This document shows positions 9,077 to 19,781 of a DNA stretch of 64,000 nucleotides, one piece after another. The position numbers and the translations under genes are program-made. Each line of letters starts with the position of its first letter. Within the stretch, counting starts at the first letter, position 1. Origin of the DNA: Escherichia phage phiWec186; the sequence record LC739535.1; one strand, 5' to 3'. The notes under the pieces were generated by a model. It worked only from the letters and a program-made list of their open reading frames with translations, was not told the origin of the DNA and searched no databases.

Positions 9077-12000
9077 TTATGTCGTCGGAGTATCAATCAC
9101 CGGAGTAGGACGAATTACCGCAGTGTTACCAACCGCAACGTTGCTTGCGCTATTAGGAATAGTTGTGATACGTACTCCTGCTGCTGTCGCTGTTTGGATA
9201 GGATCTGCGATATCCACCTTCACTGGGTTGGTCCAAGTATCGTTATCCTGATAAGGGGCACGAGTGATTACTGTGTCCAAATCAGATCCACCTGGACCTG
9301 CACCTGCGATACGGATACGTGTACCTGCTGACAGTGGGTAATGATATAACCAAGAAGCATTTGTCGCTGTACCGTTAGGTGTCAGGTTCTGCACAATCGA
9401 TTTATCACCAACATTTGTCGCTCGGATACCGAAGGCTGGAATGTCTGGAATGTACGCACCACTTGTTGTTACAAGGAAGAACGTATTGTCTGCTTTAACG
9501 ATAATATCCCCTTTATCGAATTCTTTCCCAGTTGGGAAGTGCATCCCGTCAATGTTGCGACCTGGGATTGCTTCGATGTAGTAAGATTTACCAGTAGAGC
9601 CTACCAGAGCACCAATACCACCTGCGATGTTCGTATACATGTTCGCTTCAACGTTACAGTTGATACGATGAATATCCGAGTAACGGCAACGACTCCATTG
9701 AGGACGTCCAGTTACCATTGTGTTTCCATTCGGATAGCAGTTTACGTTCACCATTTCCAGAACTGACTTCTCTCTACGGAAGAATCCATCGTAGAAAGTA
9801 CCTGGACCAGATTCCGGTTGACCTACACACTCGAAAGAGTTACAAGTGATGTTAGCCATTGACAACCAAGAAGCGATACCAAACAATTGCAGAGCGTTAC
9901 AACGGATGTTATCGAAGCTAACGCGGTTCTCAAAACCTGGACCCGCTGATACACCTGCGAAGACACGTCCTGTAGCTGTATGTACGTTACGTACCGAGTA
10001 ATTGAAGCAAGGGTTTGATGGGCGACCCTGTGCAGGAACAACAGGTTTACCATCCTCGCCTAAAACTGCGTTCGTACCCCATTCCAGATAGATCATACGG
10101 ATTGCACTTGGCAACGTATTGTCGTCTGTAATAGGCTCACCATAAACACCATCGATCGTGAAATCTTTACAGCCGTACATTACAACAGCGCCTGTTGCAA
10201 GCCCTGTACCAACAGAAACTGTCTGGTCAGGATCACCGTGGATGTTCTGGATAGAAATGTTACGACCAACTTCTACGTGAACAATCTGGCGGCAACGTTT
10301 CGCAAATACGTTACGGATTGTAATGTTCTTACAATACTGCGTATCTGGAATGTCATAACCGTATGGACCTTTACCTGCTACACCGATACCGATACCCCAG
10401 TTAGAAAGAGGAATTGGTGCGTTCGTTCCGTCGATGTGAGACAAGTAGATGTTCTCAATAACACAACCTTCATCGTAGTGCTTGTTGATTACGTTCAGTT
10501 CGATTGCATCGCCCTGCATATCCATAAACGTCAAGTTACGGAAGACACCGCGACTAACTGGTTCGCCAGTACCTTGTTGAAGGATACCGTAAAGTCCGTT
10601 TTTAAATGTACAGTTGTCAATCTCAAAAGTACCTGGAATTGGGTTGCCCTGGAATACCAAGCTACCAACCTGTCCTGGACGAGGTGCACCATCCCACAAG
10701 CAGTCATAGATACGCACATCGCCACCCCAATACATTACACGGGAGTTGCGGAAAGTCGTACCTTCCACTTTACAGTTCTGTAGACGGTAGTCACGTTGTC
10801 CACGGAAGACACCACCAAGGAGGGTGATCCCAGTAATATCAAAAGAACTTGTAGTGAAGGTCATATCACAACCATAAGCATTCAGGATCTTGCTCTTGGT
10901 TGCTGCTGTTGCCACGAGAGCCGCTTGGAAAGCTGCTTCTTGAGTAGCGTACACTGCACTGTTTGCAAACTCGGACAGGTAAACAACATCAAACAGATCG
11001 TCAAACTTACCACCGTGTGGAGTTAACAGACCTTCTGTGTTTGTCAGTACCCAAGCATTTGGACCTACGCCACCAGAGGAGGCAAGGGTGTCACTCGCAG
11101 AGAGAGTTTTTGGCAAAGTGCCAGCCCAACGGTAACGACCTGCACCCATACCAATAGTCTGGTGTTTAAGGGTCAGGGTAATTTCATTACCGAAACTGGT
11201 AGGCAGATGTACATATTGCTGACGTTCAACTGCTAATGCTGCCAAGTCAACAGTACCAGAAGAGTGGGTAAGAACACCAGTATCTGATAAGCTAACAAAT
11301 GTCCCAGTTAAACCAGGTGGCAGGGTGTAAGCTATTTGGTTAGTGGCATCATACAGGGCTTTCAGACCTATTAAAGCTTGTCCTGATTTTGCGTAAGCCA
11401 CTTCATAATTCAGGAAACCATATTTACGAGCGATTGTCTGAAGAGGAACAGCGTTCATATCTTCGGTCAATGTTTCAGTAGTTGTTTCCAGGTTAGAAAT
11501 TCGGTTTTCGAGGTTAGGATCGTTTTCTGCGCTTGCTACAATCTTACCGATGTAAGCAAACAACTGATTAGGTAATCCGGTTGCAGGATCATGTCCAAGT
11601 GGTTCGGACAAGATGATCTGACTGTTCTCAATACGGAATGCATCACCCACAATCTGGATAACGCCGTTGATAGTCACAATAGCACTATCGAACACGTAAG
11701 GAGGACTGATTACTTTTTCATAACCTGTTGCAGAGGTATACAACCAAGGAATAACTTCACTTGGGAGTTGTTCAGTCTGCATTCCCCACAGCACCCAGTT
11801 ATTGTCCCCGACTGGAGTCCCTTGCATTGGGATAGGGTTCACCAGTGTTGCTGCTGGAGCGTAGTAGTATCCACTCAAGATTCCGTTCTGATAAAAACGG
11901 AGTTGGTTGAATACTGTTTCATTAGTCCCTTGCGCCCAGGCAATAGGACTTTTGAAGTAAAAGTTATCAACCAAAGCCTTACGTAAAGTCGGAATCAATC

Positions 12001-12127
12001 CTGATTCCGTATCAATACTTTCTGTTGCGCTTCCGTTGATGATATCGTGTATCTGGTTAGAAGAAAAGATTACCAGATCTACGCCCTGTTCCAGGGACGT
12101 AGCGGGATATGTTGGGAATAGTGTCAT
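9077..12127 (-). CDS. tailspike / depolymerase-like protein (probable beta-helix)
   Basis: 1016 aa; repetitive Asn/Gly/Val-rich segments typical of right-handed beta-helix tailspikes; position in fibre cluster. Confidence 0.5.
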   Translation of the reverse strand: MTLFPTYPATSLEQGVDLVIFSSNQIHDIINGSATESIDTESGLIPTLRKALVDNFYFKSPIAWAQGTNETVFNQLRFYQNGILSGYYYAPAATLVNPIPMQGTPVGDNNWVLWGMQTEQLPSEVIPWLYTSATGYEKVISPPYVFDSAIVTINGVIQIVGDAFRIENSQIILSEPLGHDPATGLPNQLFAYIGKIVASAENDPNLENRISNLETTTETLTEDMNAVPLQTIARKYGFLNYEVAYAKSGQALIGLKALYDATNQIAYTLPPGLTGTFVSLSDTGVLTHSSGTVDLAALAVERQQYVHLPTSFGNEITLTLKHQTIGMGAGRYRWAGTLPKTLSASDTLASSGGVGPNAWVLTNTEGLLTPHGGKFDDLFDVVYLSEFANSAVYATQEAAFQAALVATAATKSKILNAYGCDMTFTTSSFDITGITLLGGVFRGQRDYRLQNCKVEGTTFRNSRVMYWGGDVRIYDCLWDGAPRPGQVGSLVFQGNPIPGTFEIDNCTFKNGLYGILQQGTGEPVSRGVFRNLTFMDMQGDAIELNVINKHYDEGCVIENIYLSHIDGTNAPIPLSNWGIGIGVAGKGPYGYDIPDTQYCKNITIRNVFAKRCRQIVHVEVGRNISIQNIHGDPDQTVSVGTGLATGAVVMYGCKDFTIDGVYGEPITDDNTLPSAIRMIYLEWGTNAVLGEDGKPVVPAQGRPSNPCFNYSVRNVHTATGRVFAGVSAGPGFENRVSFDNIRCNALQLFGIASWLSMANITCNSFECVGQPESGPGTFYDGFFRREKSVLEMVNVNCYPNGNTMVTGRPQWSRCRYSDIHRINCNVEANMYTNIAGGIGALVGSTGKSYYIEAIPGRNIDGMHFPTGKEFDKGDIIVKADNTFFLVTTSGAYIPDIPAFGIRATNVGDKSIVQNLTPNGTATNASWLYHYPLSAGTRIRIAGAGPGGSDLDTVITRAPYQDNDTWTNPVKVDIADPIQTATAAGVRITTIPNSASNVAVGNTAVIRPTPVIDTPTT

Positions 12128-12133
12128 TTATAA

Positions 12134-12469
12134 TTAACCCTTACTCTGTGTACGTTTAGTAATATCCTCTAACATCATCTGGATCGTTGCATTCTTGAGG
12201 TCCATGATTTTTTCAATCTTCTGCTCAAGAGTAGTATTGTTCGCCAGTAATGTAGAGTTAATCTGATTCAGCATTTGAGTAAGTTCAGCTTTCGTTGCGT
12301 AAGTGGATTCGACGAAAACAAGTTTCTTTTCCAACTCACGGGCCTTGTCTTCGACCTTCTCCAAATCAACACCAAACTTATCTATTTTTTGTTTAAACAG
12401 GAACCAGATTAAACCGATTAGAGGGATGATTGCGTCCTTAGCAAGACCCCAGACTTCTTGAAATTCCAT
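12134..12469 (-). CDS. small membrane-anchored coiled-coil protein
   Basis: N-terminal hydrophobic segment AIIPLIGLIWFLF followed by a coiled-coil-like region. Confidence 0.45.
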   Translation of the reverse strand: MEFQEVWGLAKDAIIPLIGLIWFLFKQKIDKFGVDLEKVEDKARELEKKLVFVESTYATKAELTQMLNQINSTLLANNTTLEQKIEKIMDLKNATIQMMLEDITKRTQSKG

Positions 12470-12480
12470 ATTTGCATCCC

Positions 12481-13026
12481 TTATTTTGTTGGTAAGGTAG
12501 GCCAGTTAACCTCGTAAGGATATCCCTCTTGAACAGGAACACGGTTCAATTCCACAACATAAACCTGGAGTTGCTTCAGTTCCGCAAGTTCTTCGGGTGT
12601 CGCTATCTCAAGGTCTTTTGCATATTGCAAAGGAGTGATAAGGGCAACGGCTGCTTCTTGCTTATTCTTTATTTCAGCAGAAACCTTGACAATCATTTGT
12701 TCACGACTGTACTCTTTATCTTTCAGTGTAAGAGTTTCTAAGTCTAAAACCTTGTCACGGATATCTTCGAAACTTGTAATCTCAAAATCAACTTGTGCAA
12801 GAGACATGTTTTCGGGACACAACAGAGTAGGATCTGTGTTCCAAAAAACTATACGGTTCTGATCGTCAAACACAACTTTCATTTTGTCGTTTTTTAACAG
12901 ACCATCGCGTAATTCATACCAATCAAAACCCTGGTCGCAAAGTAGGAACAAAATGTTCTCTACTTCTACGAGTTCTCTTAGGGCGGGATCTTCTGGGATA
13001 TACTTCTTAAAATTAGTGTAGAGCAT
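12481..13026 (-). CDS. tail fibre assembly protein (Tfa / P2 gpG-like)
   Basis: C-terminal LQYAKDLEIATPEELAELKQLQVYVVELNRVPVQEGYPYEVNWPTLP matches the conserved Tfa C-terminal motif; lies directly after a fibre gene. Confidence 0.7.
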   Translation of the reverse strand: MLYTNFKKYIPEDPALRELVEVENILFLLCDQGFDWYELRDGLLKNDKMKVVFDDQNRIVFWNTDPTLLCPENMSLAQVDFEITSFEDIRDKVLDLETLTLKDKEYSREQMIVKVSAEIKNKQEAAVALITPLQYAKDLEIATPEELAELKQLQVYVVELNRVPVQEGYPYEVNWPTLPTK

Positions 13027-14088
13027 TTAGCCTCCAATATCGTACCAGTTTCCGTTCACGTTTCGCTGGAGACGTTTGAAGTAAACACCACCAATGTTAT
13101 CCGCAGAACTACGGCCTGTTTCCTGAACAATAATACCAGAAAGAACATAGCCGGAAGAACAAACGTATGTCCAAGACACTTCGTTACCTGGTGGGTAATA
13201 TACGCCTTGGCTGGTATAACGTATGTCACGAACAAAGTTACCATTCGCATAGTTATAGTTGTTACTGATCTGGTTTTGCAAGTTACTGTTCACGCTGTCA
13301 ATACGTGAGTTTAAGTTGTTGTTAACGTTGTTCAGGTTGTTTTGAACAGAGTTAATATTCGTTTGCAAGGTGTTCTGTAAAGAGCTTAAACGCGAGTTCA
13401 AGTAATCTAAACGAACCAGAGCATTGCCGTTCCCAGTATCTTGTCCACTATTAGATCGTGGATTATCAATCAGAACATAACCGCCATCATACAAACGTAC
13501 TGCACAGGATACGTTACCATTGGTAGGGTTCCTGCGATATATGTAAAGGTGTCCTCCGTTATTATATTCGGAAGAGATTTCACCGTTAGTTTGACCTGCA
13601 AAGTTTTTAAAGAAGATAGTAGCAGGATCTGAAGTAGATGTACCATTTACATAAATATCTCCACCATAGATAGCACCGCCGCCATCGCGTTTAACCAACA
13701 CGTTAGGGGTTACTGTCGTGCTTGTTGCATCTGTGATGTTTGAAGATAAGTGGTTGTGGCTATTATCTACAACTTGAATAGAAAGTGTTACTGCTGCATT
13801 CCCGTTCCAGGTTACTTCACCTGTTGCATCCCCTGACATTGTTATTTTAGTACCAACCAGAGGAAGATACGTATTTGGTAATGTTGGAAGAAACTCGTCA
13901 ACCAGATAACGAATCCATAATCCGTTATTGTTGAGTACCCAATTCATTTCTTCACAGGTCATGATTTGACCGTAATCCATACCCACGGTACGAATAATTT
14001 CTTTAGGTCGAATCTTGTTTAAGTTTTGTGTTCCTGGGAGGGTAACTGTTTCTACAGCCCAATCAGGATAGTATATTGGCTTCGCCAT
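13027..14088 (-). CDS. tail fibre protein
   Basis: Asn-rich repeats (NNLNNVNNNLNSRIDSVNSNLQN); sits between baseplate genes and Tfa. Confidence 0.6.
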   Translation of the reverse strand: MAKPIYYPDWAVETVTLPGTQNLNKIRPKEIIRTVGMDYGQIMTCEEMNWVLNNNGLWIRYLVDEFLPTLPNTYLPLVGTKITMSGDATGEVTWNGNAAVTLSIQVVDNSHNHLSSNITDATSTTVTPNVLVKRDGGGAIYGGDIYVNGTSTSDPATIFFKNFAGQTNGEISSEYNNGGHLYIYRRNPTNGNVSCAVRLYDGGYVLIDNPRSNSGQDTGNGNALVRLDYLNSRLSSLQNTLQTNINSVQNNLNNVNNNLNSRIDSVNSNLQNQISNNYNYANGNFVRDIRYTSQGVYYPPGNEVSWTYVCSSGYVLSGIIVQETGRSSADNIGGVYFKRLQRNVNGNWYDIGG

Positions 14089-14097
14089 TGGAACTCC

Positions 14098-14727
14098 TTA
14101 ATCGATTTGTTTCAGAAGCATACACATGCGTCCAGTTTCATCCCCTGTGGATTCCAAGTACAAGGAACCCAAACCACCAATACCATGAGGATCTTTGGTA
14201 GCGTAATAAGAGGTGAATCCAAAAGCTGATCCGGCTTTAGCTCCCAGTCGGTAGTTGCTTATAATTGGGAACACACTTAAAAGTTGCTCAAGAGCTTGAT
14301 CAGACTGAAGACACAAGTTATAAAAGAACACATCAAAGGATTTATTCAATCCCACATATGTGTTAATTGTATCTCGTTTTGTACCTGTGAAACGGGCGAA
14401 GATATCAATAATGTCCCCACGAGTCCCCGAAGAGGCAACACGATAAGCCCTGATTTTTAAAATTGTGCGGTACTCTTCATCATCAGAACCATTTCGTTCA
14501 ATACCCATCTCTTCACCAAGGAGATCAAGATAATCTCCCGTGGCTGTAGATATTAAACGGTGTTTAGCAAGATAGATCATTGCCTGATCTATCTTTTGCT
14601 TTTCACTTGATACGATGTAGAGGAGCTTGACAATGTTAGGGGAAGATTTAAAATCTTCAATCAACAGATCTTTAACGTCTTCATTGATATTCTCCCAAGT
14701 CGTTACATGGTCAACACTCACTGCCAT
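14098..14727 (-). CDS. baseplate protein (P2 gpI-like)
   Basis: Position after the gpJ-like gene; size about 200 aa; gene-order inference. Confidence 0.45.
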   Translation of the reverse strand: MAVSVDHVTTWENINEDVKDLLIEDFKSSPNIVKLLYIVSSEKQKIDQAMIYLAKHRLISTATGDYLDLLGEEMGIERNGSDDEEYRTILKIRAYRVASSGTRGDIIDIFARFTGTKRDTINTYVGLNKSFDVFFYNLCLQSDQALEQLLSVFPIISNYRLGAKAGSAFGFTSYYATKDPHGIGGLGSLYLESTGDETGRMCMLLKQID

Positions 14728-14729
14728 TT

Positions 14730-16217
14730 TTAGACTCCATACTCGTAGGAAATGTTATCAAGGTCGAAAGACGGGACAATATTGTAGGCAGGAACAATGT
14801 TCCCTTCTGTATATTTACTGTCGTCTTCATTATTAAGTTTAACATAAACACGGAGAGAAGTCAAGCGCCCAAAAGCAAGTGCTGCATAAATAACGCCTTT
14901 AATCTGGTCGTTAGTTACAGAAGAACCCAATTCGAAGTAGGCTTGCAGGTTATCCAGTGCTTTAACAATGTTTTCTTTCTCTGTTCCACTTAACGTTGTA
15001 CCATTGATTGTCTGGTATACAAGTTTCAAGGAGTACGTTGCAGTAGCACCAGGAGAGAAGCGGATAATCTCTTGTCCACCGTCTTCCGTCATGACAGTAA
15101 TGTTAGTTGTGCCATACGTCAAGGTATTGATTGGTTTAGTGTCGTAAATCACTTTAGCGACTTCTTCGGCACTCCCACCGTACACGATTGTCTGGAAACT
15201 CATTGCAGGTGCATGTTCCTGATCGTGGATTGTCGGGTTGTCGTAAATCTTAACCTTAGTTACGCCATCAGTTTGCAACAAGGCTTTAACGATAGCTGCG
15301 CGTGTACCTGCGTTTGCTTCATCAAGGTTATCGTTGAAACGTGAGCGGAACTCTGCGTCTGTCTCTACATCTCGTCCTGAAGAGAAAGCATAGAAGTTAC
15401 CAGAATCAAGGTAGCCTGTGAAGGTTGAAGAGATTCCCGAAATGGATTCCACACCTACCGGATTGTACCCTGCTTCCGCCCCTACCACCGGAATTTCACT
15501 CCACTTCATCCCAACAGGGACAGAAGCGTAGAATTTTATTGGTGTTACCAAACCAACAGGTTCTGCATCTCCCGCTGCTGCGAAGCCAACATAAACGTTA
15601 CTTGCGTCTGTGTGGATTAAACCCTGATCCGTAGTGGAGAGGTTGTCTCGAATAAAGTTTGCAAGATCTGTAATGAATGTCGAAGACGCTGGAGAGAGTA
15701 CACGACTGTTCAGACCACCATCATTTGCACTTTGTGCGTAGAAAGTTATGTTAGCCACACCTGTAGCTGTTGCATTCGCACGCGAGATTTGATATGCTGC
15801 GATCTTAGCATTCAACATGGTAGGTGCGCTGACATAATAGTTCATGTCGTTGTCTGCATTAAAATACGTATCTGTACCAAGTTCAAAAGTCCAAGGGGCT
15901 TTGTTGTTGCTTTTCACATAAGCAAAACCTGAACCAGGTGCAGCGGCTGAACGGTAGAAACCACGTTTGGAGAAGATCTCATCAAGGTAGATACCTTCGG
16001 CACCATCCAGTGTCTGGGTATTATAAACCCCTTGCATTCCTTCCCATAAGGTGTAGTCGGTATAAGCAATAATACGGAACAACTGCCCGAAGACAGTATC
16101 CTCCGAAGTCGCTGCATCAGCACCAAAGGTGTTCTTAAGTGCAGTCATGTAGTTGTTAAGTACATCGTCGAATGTCGGGATTACAAATCCCGCATCGGTT
16201 AAACCATATTCATCCAT
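14730..16217 (-). CDS. baseplate wedge protein (gpJ / gp6-like)
   Basis: 495 aa; position between gp25-like and gpI-like genes; gene-order inference. Confidence 0.55.
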   Translation of the reverse strand: MDEYGLTDAGFVIPTFDDVLNNYMTALKNTFGADAATSEDTVFGQLFRIIAYTDYTLWEGMQGVYNTQTLDGAEGIYLDEIFSKRGFYRSAAAPGSGFAYVKSNNKAPWTFELGTDTYFNADNDMNYYVSAPTMLNAKIAAYQISRANATATGVANITFYAQSANDGGLNSRVLSPASSTFITDLANFIRDNLSTTDQGLIHTDASNVYVGFAAAGDAEPVGLVTPIKFYASVPVGMKWSEIPVVGAEAGYNPVGVESISGISSTFTGYLDSGNFYAFSSGRDVETDAEFRSRFNDNLDEANAGTRAAIVKALLQTDGVTKVKIYDNPTIHDQEHAPAMSFQTIVYGGSAEEVAKVIYDTKPINTLTYGTTNITVMTEDGGQEIIRFSPGATATYSLKLVYQTINGTTLSGTEKENIVKALDNLQAYFELGSSVTNDQIKGVIYAALAFGRLTSLRVYVKLNNEDDSKYTEGNIVPAYNIVPSFDLDNISYEYGV

Positions 16218-16474
16218 TACTCATCCTCTTTGTTGTGTTCAGGGGTGGAAGACCTACCCCAACGCAGGTCTATTAGATTTTTCATTAGTCGTGAGGGAGT
16301 GACCATAAAAACAAAAGCCCAGCCCATCCATTCAGGAATTTCTTTTTCTATTCCTAAAAAGATGAACATGCCTGTCATTGTCATCATACCTACGGCGTTC
16401 CATACTTTAGTGGAACTTACCCCGTTCCCAGGGTAAGTGCAGAACATGCCACGTAAAAATTTTTTAATGCTCAT
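16217..16474 (-). CDS. small membrane protein (two predicted TM helices)
   Basis: Hydrophobic stretches MMTMTGMFIFLGI and WMGWAFVFMV. Confidence 0.4.
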   Translation of the reverse strand: MSIKKFLRGMFCTYPGNGVSSTKVWNAVGMMTMTGMFIFLGIEKEIPEWMGWAFVFMVTPSRLMKNLIDLRWGRSSTPEHNKEDE

Positions 16475-16475
16475 A

Positions 16476-19307
16476 TTATGGCCTCAAATCAATACCGATG
16501 TTTGGTAAGCTGGATTGTGCATTGCTTCGACGATACAAAGCGTACAGACCAAAGCCACGGAGGATTTCTCCAGAGTGGAAACCAAACGCCGGAGCGTTAT
16601 CATTTGCAGAATCAGGGTTAGAACTCCAAGAACCGTTCATTACATGGTTAGGACCAGCAACAACATAATTCTCTTGCAGGAGGTCAAAGCAACGATCCGC
16701 TACGATGGAAATATTAGGGATCTGGTTTTCCAGATTAGCCAACCCGATATAACAACAACCTGCCAAGAACAACGCAGACATGTGTGATGTAAAGTCCCAC
16801 GTAGGAGCCGAGACTGTGCCATCAGGCATGAAGATTGTAGGGGTACGCCCTTCGTTGTTGTCTTGGAACCACTTCAGATAGTTCACCCAGTTCTTAGTTA
16901 CTGTCATGAGTTTGGCTGGAATAGGTTCACCACGAGCTTGCAGTTCATGCAAACAACGAGCACCACAATAGAATGCACGAGCTTCATATCCGTCCCAAGC
17001 TTTTTCATTCCAGTGTTTCATTGTGAACTGGTTCTTTTCCCCGTACTTCAATGCATCCCAACGATCCCATACAAAGGCTTGAGCCATTGGTCCAGGCATA
17101 ACCGGATCAAATGTTTCATAGAACCACATTTGAGAGTCATAAAGGAAGTTGATACTTTCTGTTAAGCGTGTATACTCAATATTCTCACCAGCAAAGCAAT
17201 ACAATACTGGGTACTGATATCCAGGGTAGGGCAGTCCACGCCAACCATCAAAGAGCGCCGTATTAGGATCGCTAATGTTGGAGAATGGAATAATACCTGG
17301 TGTGTAATGGAGGCTATTCAGTTTGTAGTCAACAATTACGCAGTCGCCAAGTTTCGCGCTGTATGGATTTTGTGCTTGCAAAGAGATGCGGAAATACATT
17401 GTGTAATCATCACCATTTGCAGAAGAATACCGAGTAGGCACTTCATTCACACAATACCAATCAAACTGTGCGTTAACACCATTAACAGGATCAGTGTCCA
17501 GCCCAATGTTGATTTGGTCGAGAGCACTAATGTCGATAGTTGCAGGTTTAGGATCTGTTTCTGGGTGATTCGGTTGCCAAGAGCTTAACTGGAAACTTGC
17601 CGCAGTTATTGTCTTAGTTACCCAAGTCCCACCAGTTTTCTCCAACATAGCCCACCATCTCCATCCGTCTTTATCCGTCAATGTGATATTGAAATCATCA
17701 TTGTAAGTACGGTAAGATAAAGATTGGAGTGGTGCTACTTCTTCATCCAGTAGCCAGAAGCCAATAGAGATTCCACCGTCAGTATCCATAACCGCAGTGC
17801 AAATCTGATCGCTAATGTTGGCAGGTAAAATATTCGTCGTATACTGGAAGTTTACCACAGTATTGTCACCCCAGTCAATAACATTTCGCGGATCAGCAAC
17901 AATATACTGTCCACCGCCTGGAGGTGTCGAACGAATAAAACTGGATAATGGAATATCCATTGATTGGATAGAGGTTGTCGCTGTCGGAATACCGCAACGA
18001 TAATCTACCAAATCGTCATTCGTTTTTGTCTTACTCAAAGACAATTCAGGACGGAAGATAACAGGGACACCCGCATCATCCACACCTGCAAACTCTACAC
18101 GCAATTTGGAATTATTATCCACACGGAACCAAATAGCTTGTTGCTCCATTGTCGTCTGTGCAGCCACCTTCTGACGAATGGTAATGTACCCTTGAGCATC
18201 ACGACCAAAATCAGCCGTAGATCCTGATGGATAGTAATAATCATAACTAATACCATCTGTGAACGGAATACTTGCCAATGTGGATTTACGGAAGAACTTG
18301 TCGAAACGGTCGATATCAGAGTAATCAATACAAACCATCAAAGAAGACTTCCACGCCAGACGATACTTTTCTTCTCCGGTGATCTTGTACATCATGTAAC
18401 AAGCATCGCACCACCAAGTTTCAGCATCGGAAGCATTATCTGCAAACGAAATATCAATCGGAACGTTTACAGGGCGGTTATGCCACATTTCGTTACGTCC
18501 GATCAGATAACCACCTTTGTCTACAGGGTTGCATGTTGCGTAGTTGAACTTATAGTTTCCAGTGACTGTCTTATTTTTCAGTTGAACCGTACCATACTCG
18601 GAAAGAGAGTGTCCAGTAGAAAGAATGTTTCCGTCCCAGTCTACTTTACGTCCCAGACGATCAATAATCCAATCCACATCCCACTGACTGCCCTTAACAT
18701 CCCAATCTGTTGATCCGTCTGCTTTGGTGCCATACACTGTAGCGTTTACAGAGTTCCATCCCAGATTACCGTTGAAAGCAAACCAAGCTTTATCCAGGTA
18801 TTCTCCCCAATGCGGAGCGCCTTTAGGAATCACTGTACGTCCGTTGGTCCAAGTCATCACGCTTCCTTTAAAGCCGCCGTGAGTTGGATACCCATCGTCT
18901 GTCAGAGGGTAGTGAGCCAAACGAGGCTCCTTTCCGTTGATGATCCAGTTAGGACGATATTTTGCCGGAGGATTAGGGATTGGCTGACCACCAAAAAAGT
19001 GGTCAATGTAAGCTTGCCAGTAAGTTTTAGCCAGGTCAAGATACTTAACATCGCCAGTCCCCAAATAAGCATAAGCACACCCCAGAACTAAAACAGATTG
19101 ACCTTCTGTGGTCGCATCTCCGTTGGGCTGTCCTTCCTGTCCAGTCCAGTTGATGAAGTGTCGGTTGTTTGCAAGAACATGCTCTGGGTTGATAAGGTAG
19201 TGCTGTACCGTTGGATCGATTGTCAAACCTGTGCTTCTTTCCATGAACTGGACATGACCATCAATCAGTTGGAAAGCATTATCAATATTGTGCTTAATTT
19301 GAGACAT
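16476..19307 (-). CDS. large baseplate-associated protein, possible carbohydrate-active receptor-binding protein
   Basis: 943 aa, Trp/Tyr/Asp-rich; inserted between gp25-like and gpJ-like genes. Confidence 0.4.
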   Translation of the reverse strand: MSQIKHNIDNAFQLIDGHVQFMERSTGLTIDPTVQHYLINPEHVLANNRHFINWTGQEGQPNGDATTEGQSVLVLGCAYAYLGTGDVKYLDLAKTYWQAYIDHFFGGQPIPNPPAKYRPNWIINGKEPRLAHYPLTDDGYPTHGGFKGSVMTWTNGRTVIPKGAPHWGEYLDKAWFAFNGNLGWNSVNATVYGTKADGSTDWDVKGSQWDVDWIIDRLGRKVDWDGNILSTGHSLSEYGTVQLKNKTVTGNYKFNYATCNPVDKGGYLIGRNEMWHNRPVNVPIDISFADNASDAETWWCDACYMMYKITGEEKYRLAWKSSLMVCIDYSDIDRFDKFFRKSTLASIPFTDGISYDYYYPSGSTADFGRDAQGYITIRQKVAAQTTMEQQAIWFRVDNNSKLRVEFAGVDDAGVPVIFRPELSLSKTKTNDDLVDYRCGIPTATTSIQSMDIPLSSFIRSTPPGGGQYIVADPRNVIDWGDNTVVNFQYTTNILPANISDQICTAVMDTDGGISIGFWLLDEEVAPLQSLSYRTYNDDFNITLTDKDGWRWWAMLEKTGGTWVTKTITAASFQLSSWQPNHPETDPKPATIDISALDQINIGLDTDPVNGVNAQFDWYCVNEVPTRYSSANGDDYTMYFRISLQAQNPYSAKLGDCVIVDYKLNSLHYTPGIIPFSNISDPNTALFDGWRGLPYPGYQYPVLYCFAGENIEYTRLTESINFLYDSQMWFYETFDPVMPGPMAQAFVWDRWDALKYGEKNQFTMKHWNEKAWDGYEARAFYCGARCLHELQARGEPIPAKLMTVTKNWVNYLKWFQDNNEGRTPTIFMPDGTVSAPTWDFTSHMSALFLAGCCYIGLANLENQIPNISIVADRCFDLLQENYVVAGPNHVMNGSWSSNPDSANDNAPAFGFHSGEILRGFGLYALYRRSNAQSSLPNIGIDLRP

Positions 19308-19780
19308 TAGATCACTCCCGCCATCACCATACTTCCAATCCAGGAAGCACCGTTGTCTAAACTGATAAATTCAAAAGTATCGATCGCACCTTGACGATAA
19401 CTCAAAACAGGTGCACGCCCAAAACTCCACTTAACCGACGCTGGCCATACCACTTTATTCGCCCCACTACCCTGACGCAAAGCCAGACTAAAGTTTAAAA
19501 CTGTTGCTGTGGTAACGGGAATGTTTGTAAAGCTGATCGTACAAGTAGCAGAAGAGAGGGTAGCATAAAAATACTCTGCTGATCCCACATCTAAAGCTAA
19601 GGTACTGGTGGCGGTGCCACGGGTACTTAAACGGTTACGAGTAACCCCAGCACCATTCAAAAGAACACGAAGGGACGTTTTCTTAGTTATCCCTGCCTGA
19701 TCCGTTACAAAGAAATCTGTATCTGAAACAGACGTGGTTTGAACCAAATCTGTAACTTTGATAGTTGTTAAATCTGCCAT
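19307..19780 (-). CDS. hypothetical structural protein
   Basis: ORF within the baseplate cluster, translationally coupled to its neighbours. Confidence 0.45.
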   Translation of the reverse strand: MADLTTIKVTDLVQTTSVSDTDFFVTDQAGITKKTSLRVLLNGAGVTRNRLSTRGTATSTLALDVGSAEYFYATLSSATCTISFTNIPVTTATVLNFSLALRQGSGANKVVWPASVKWSFGRAPVLSYRQGAIDTFEFISLDNGASWIGSMVMAGVI

Positions 19781-19781
19781 C

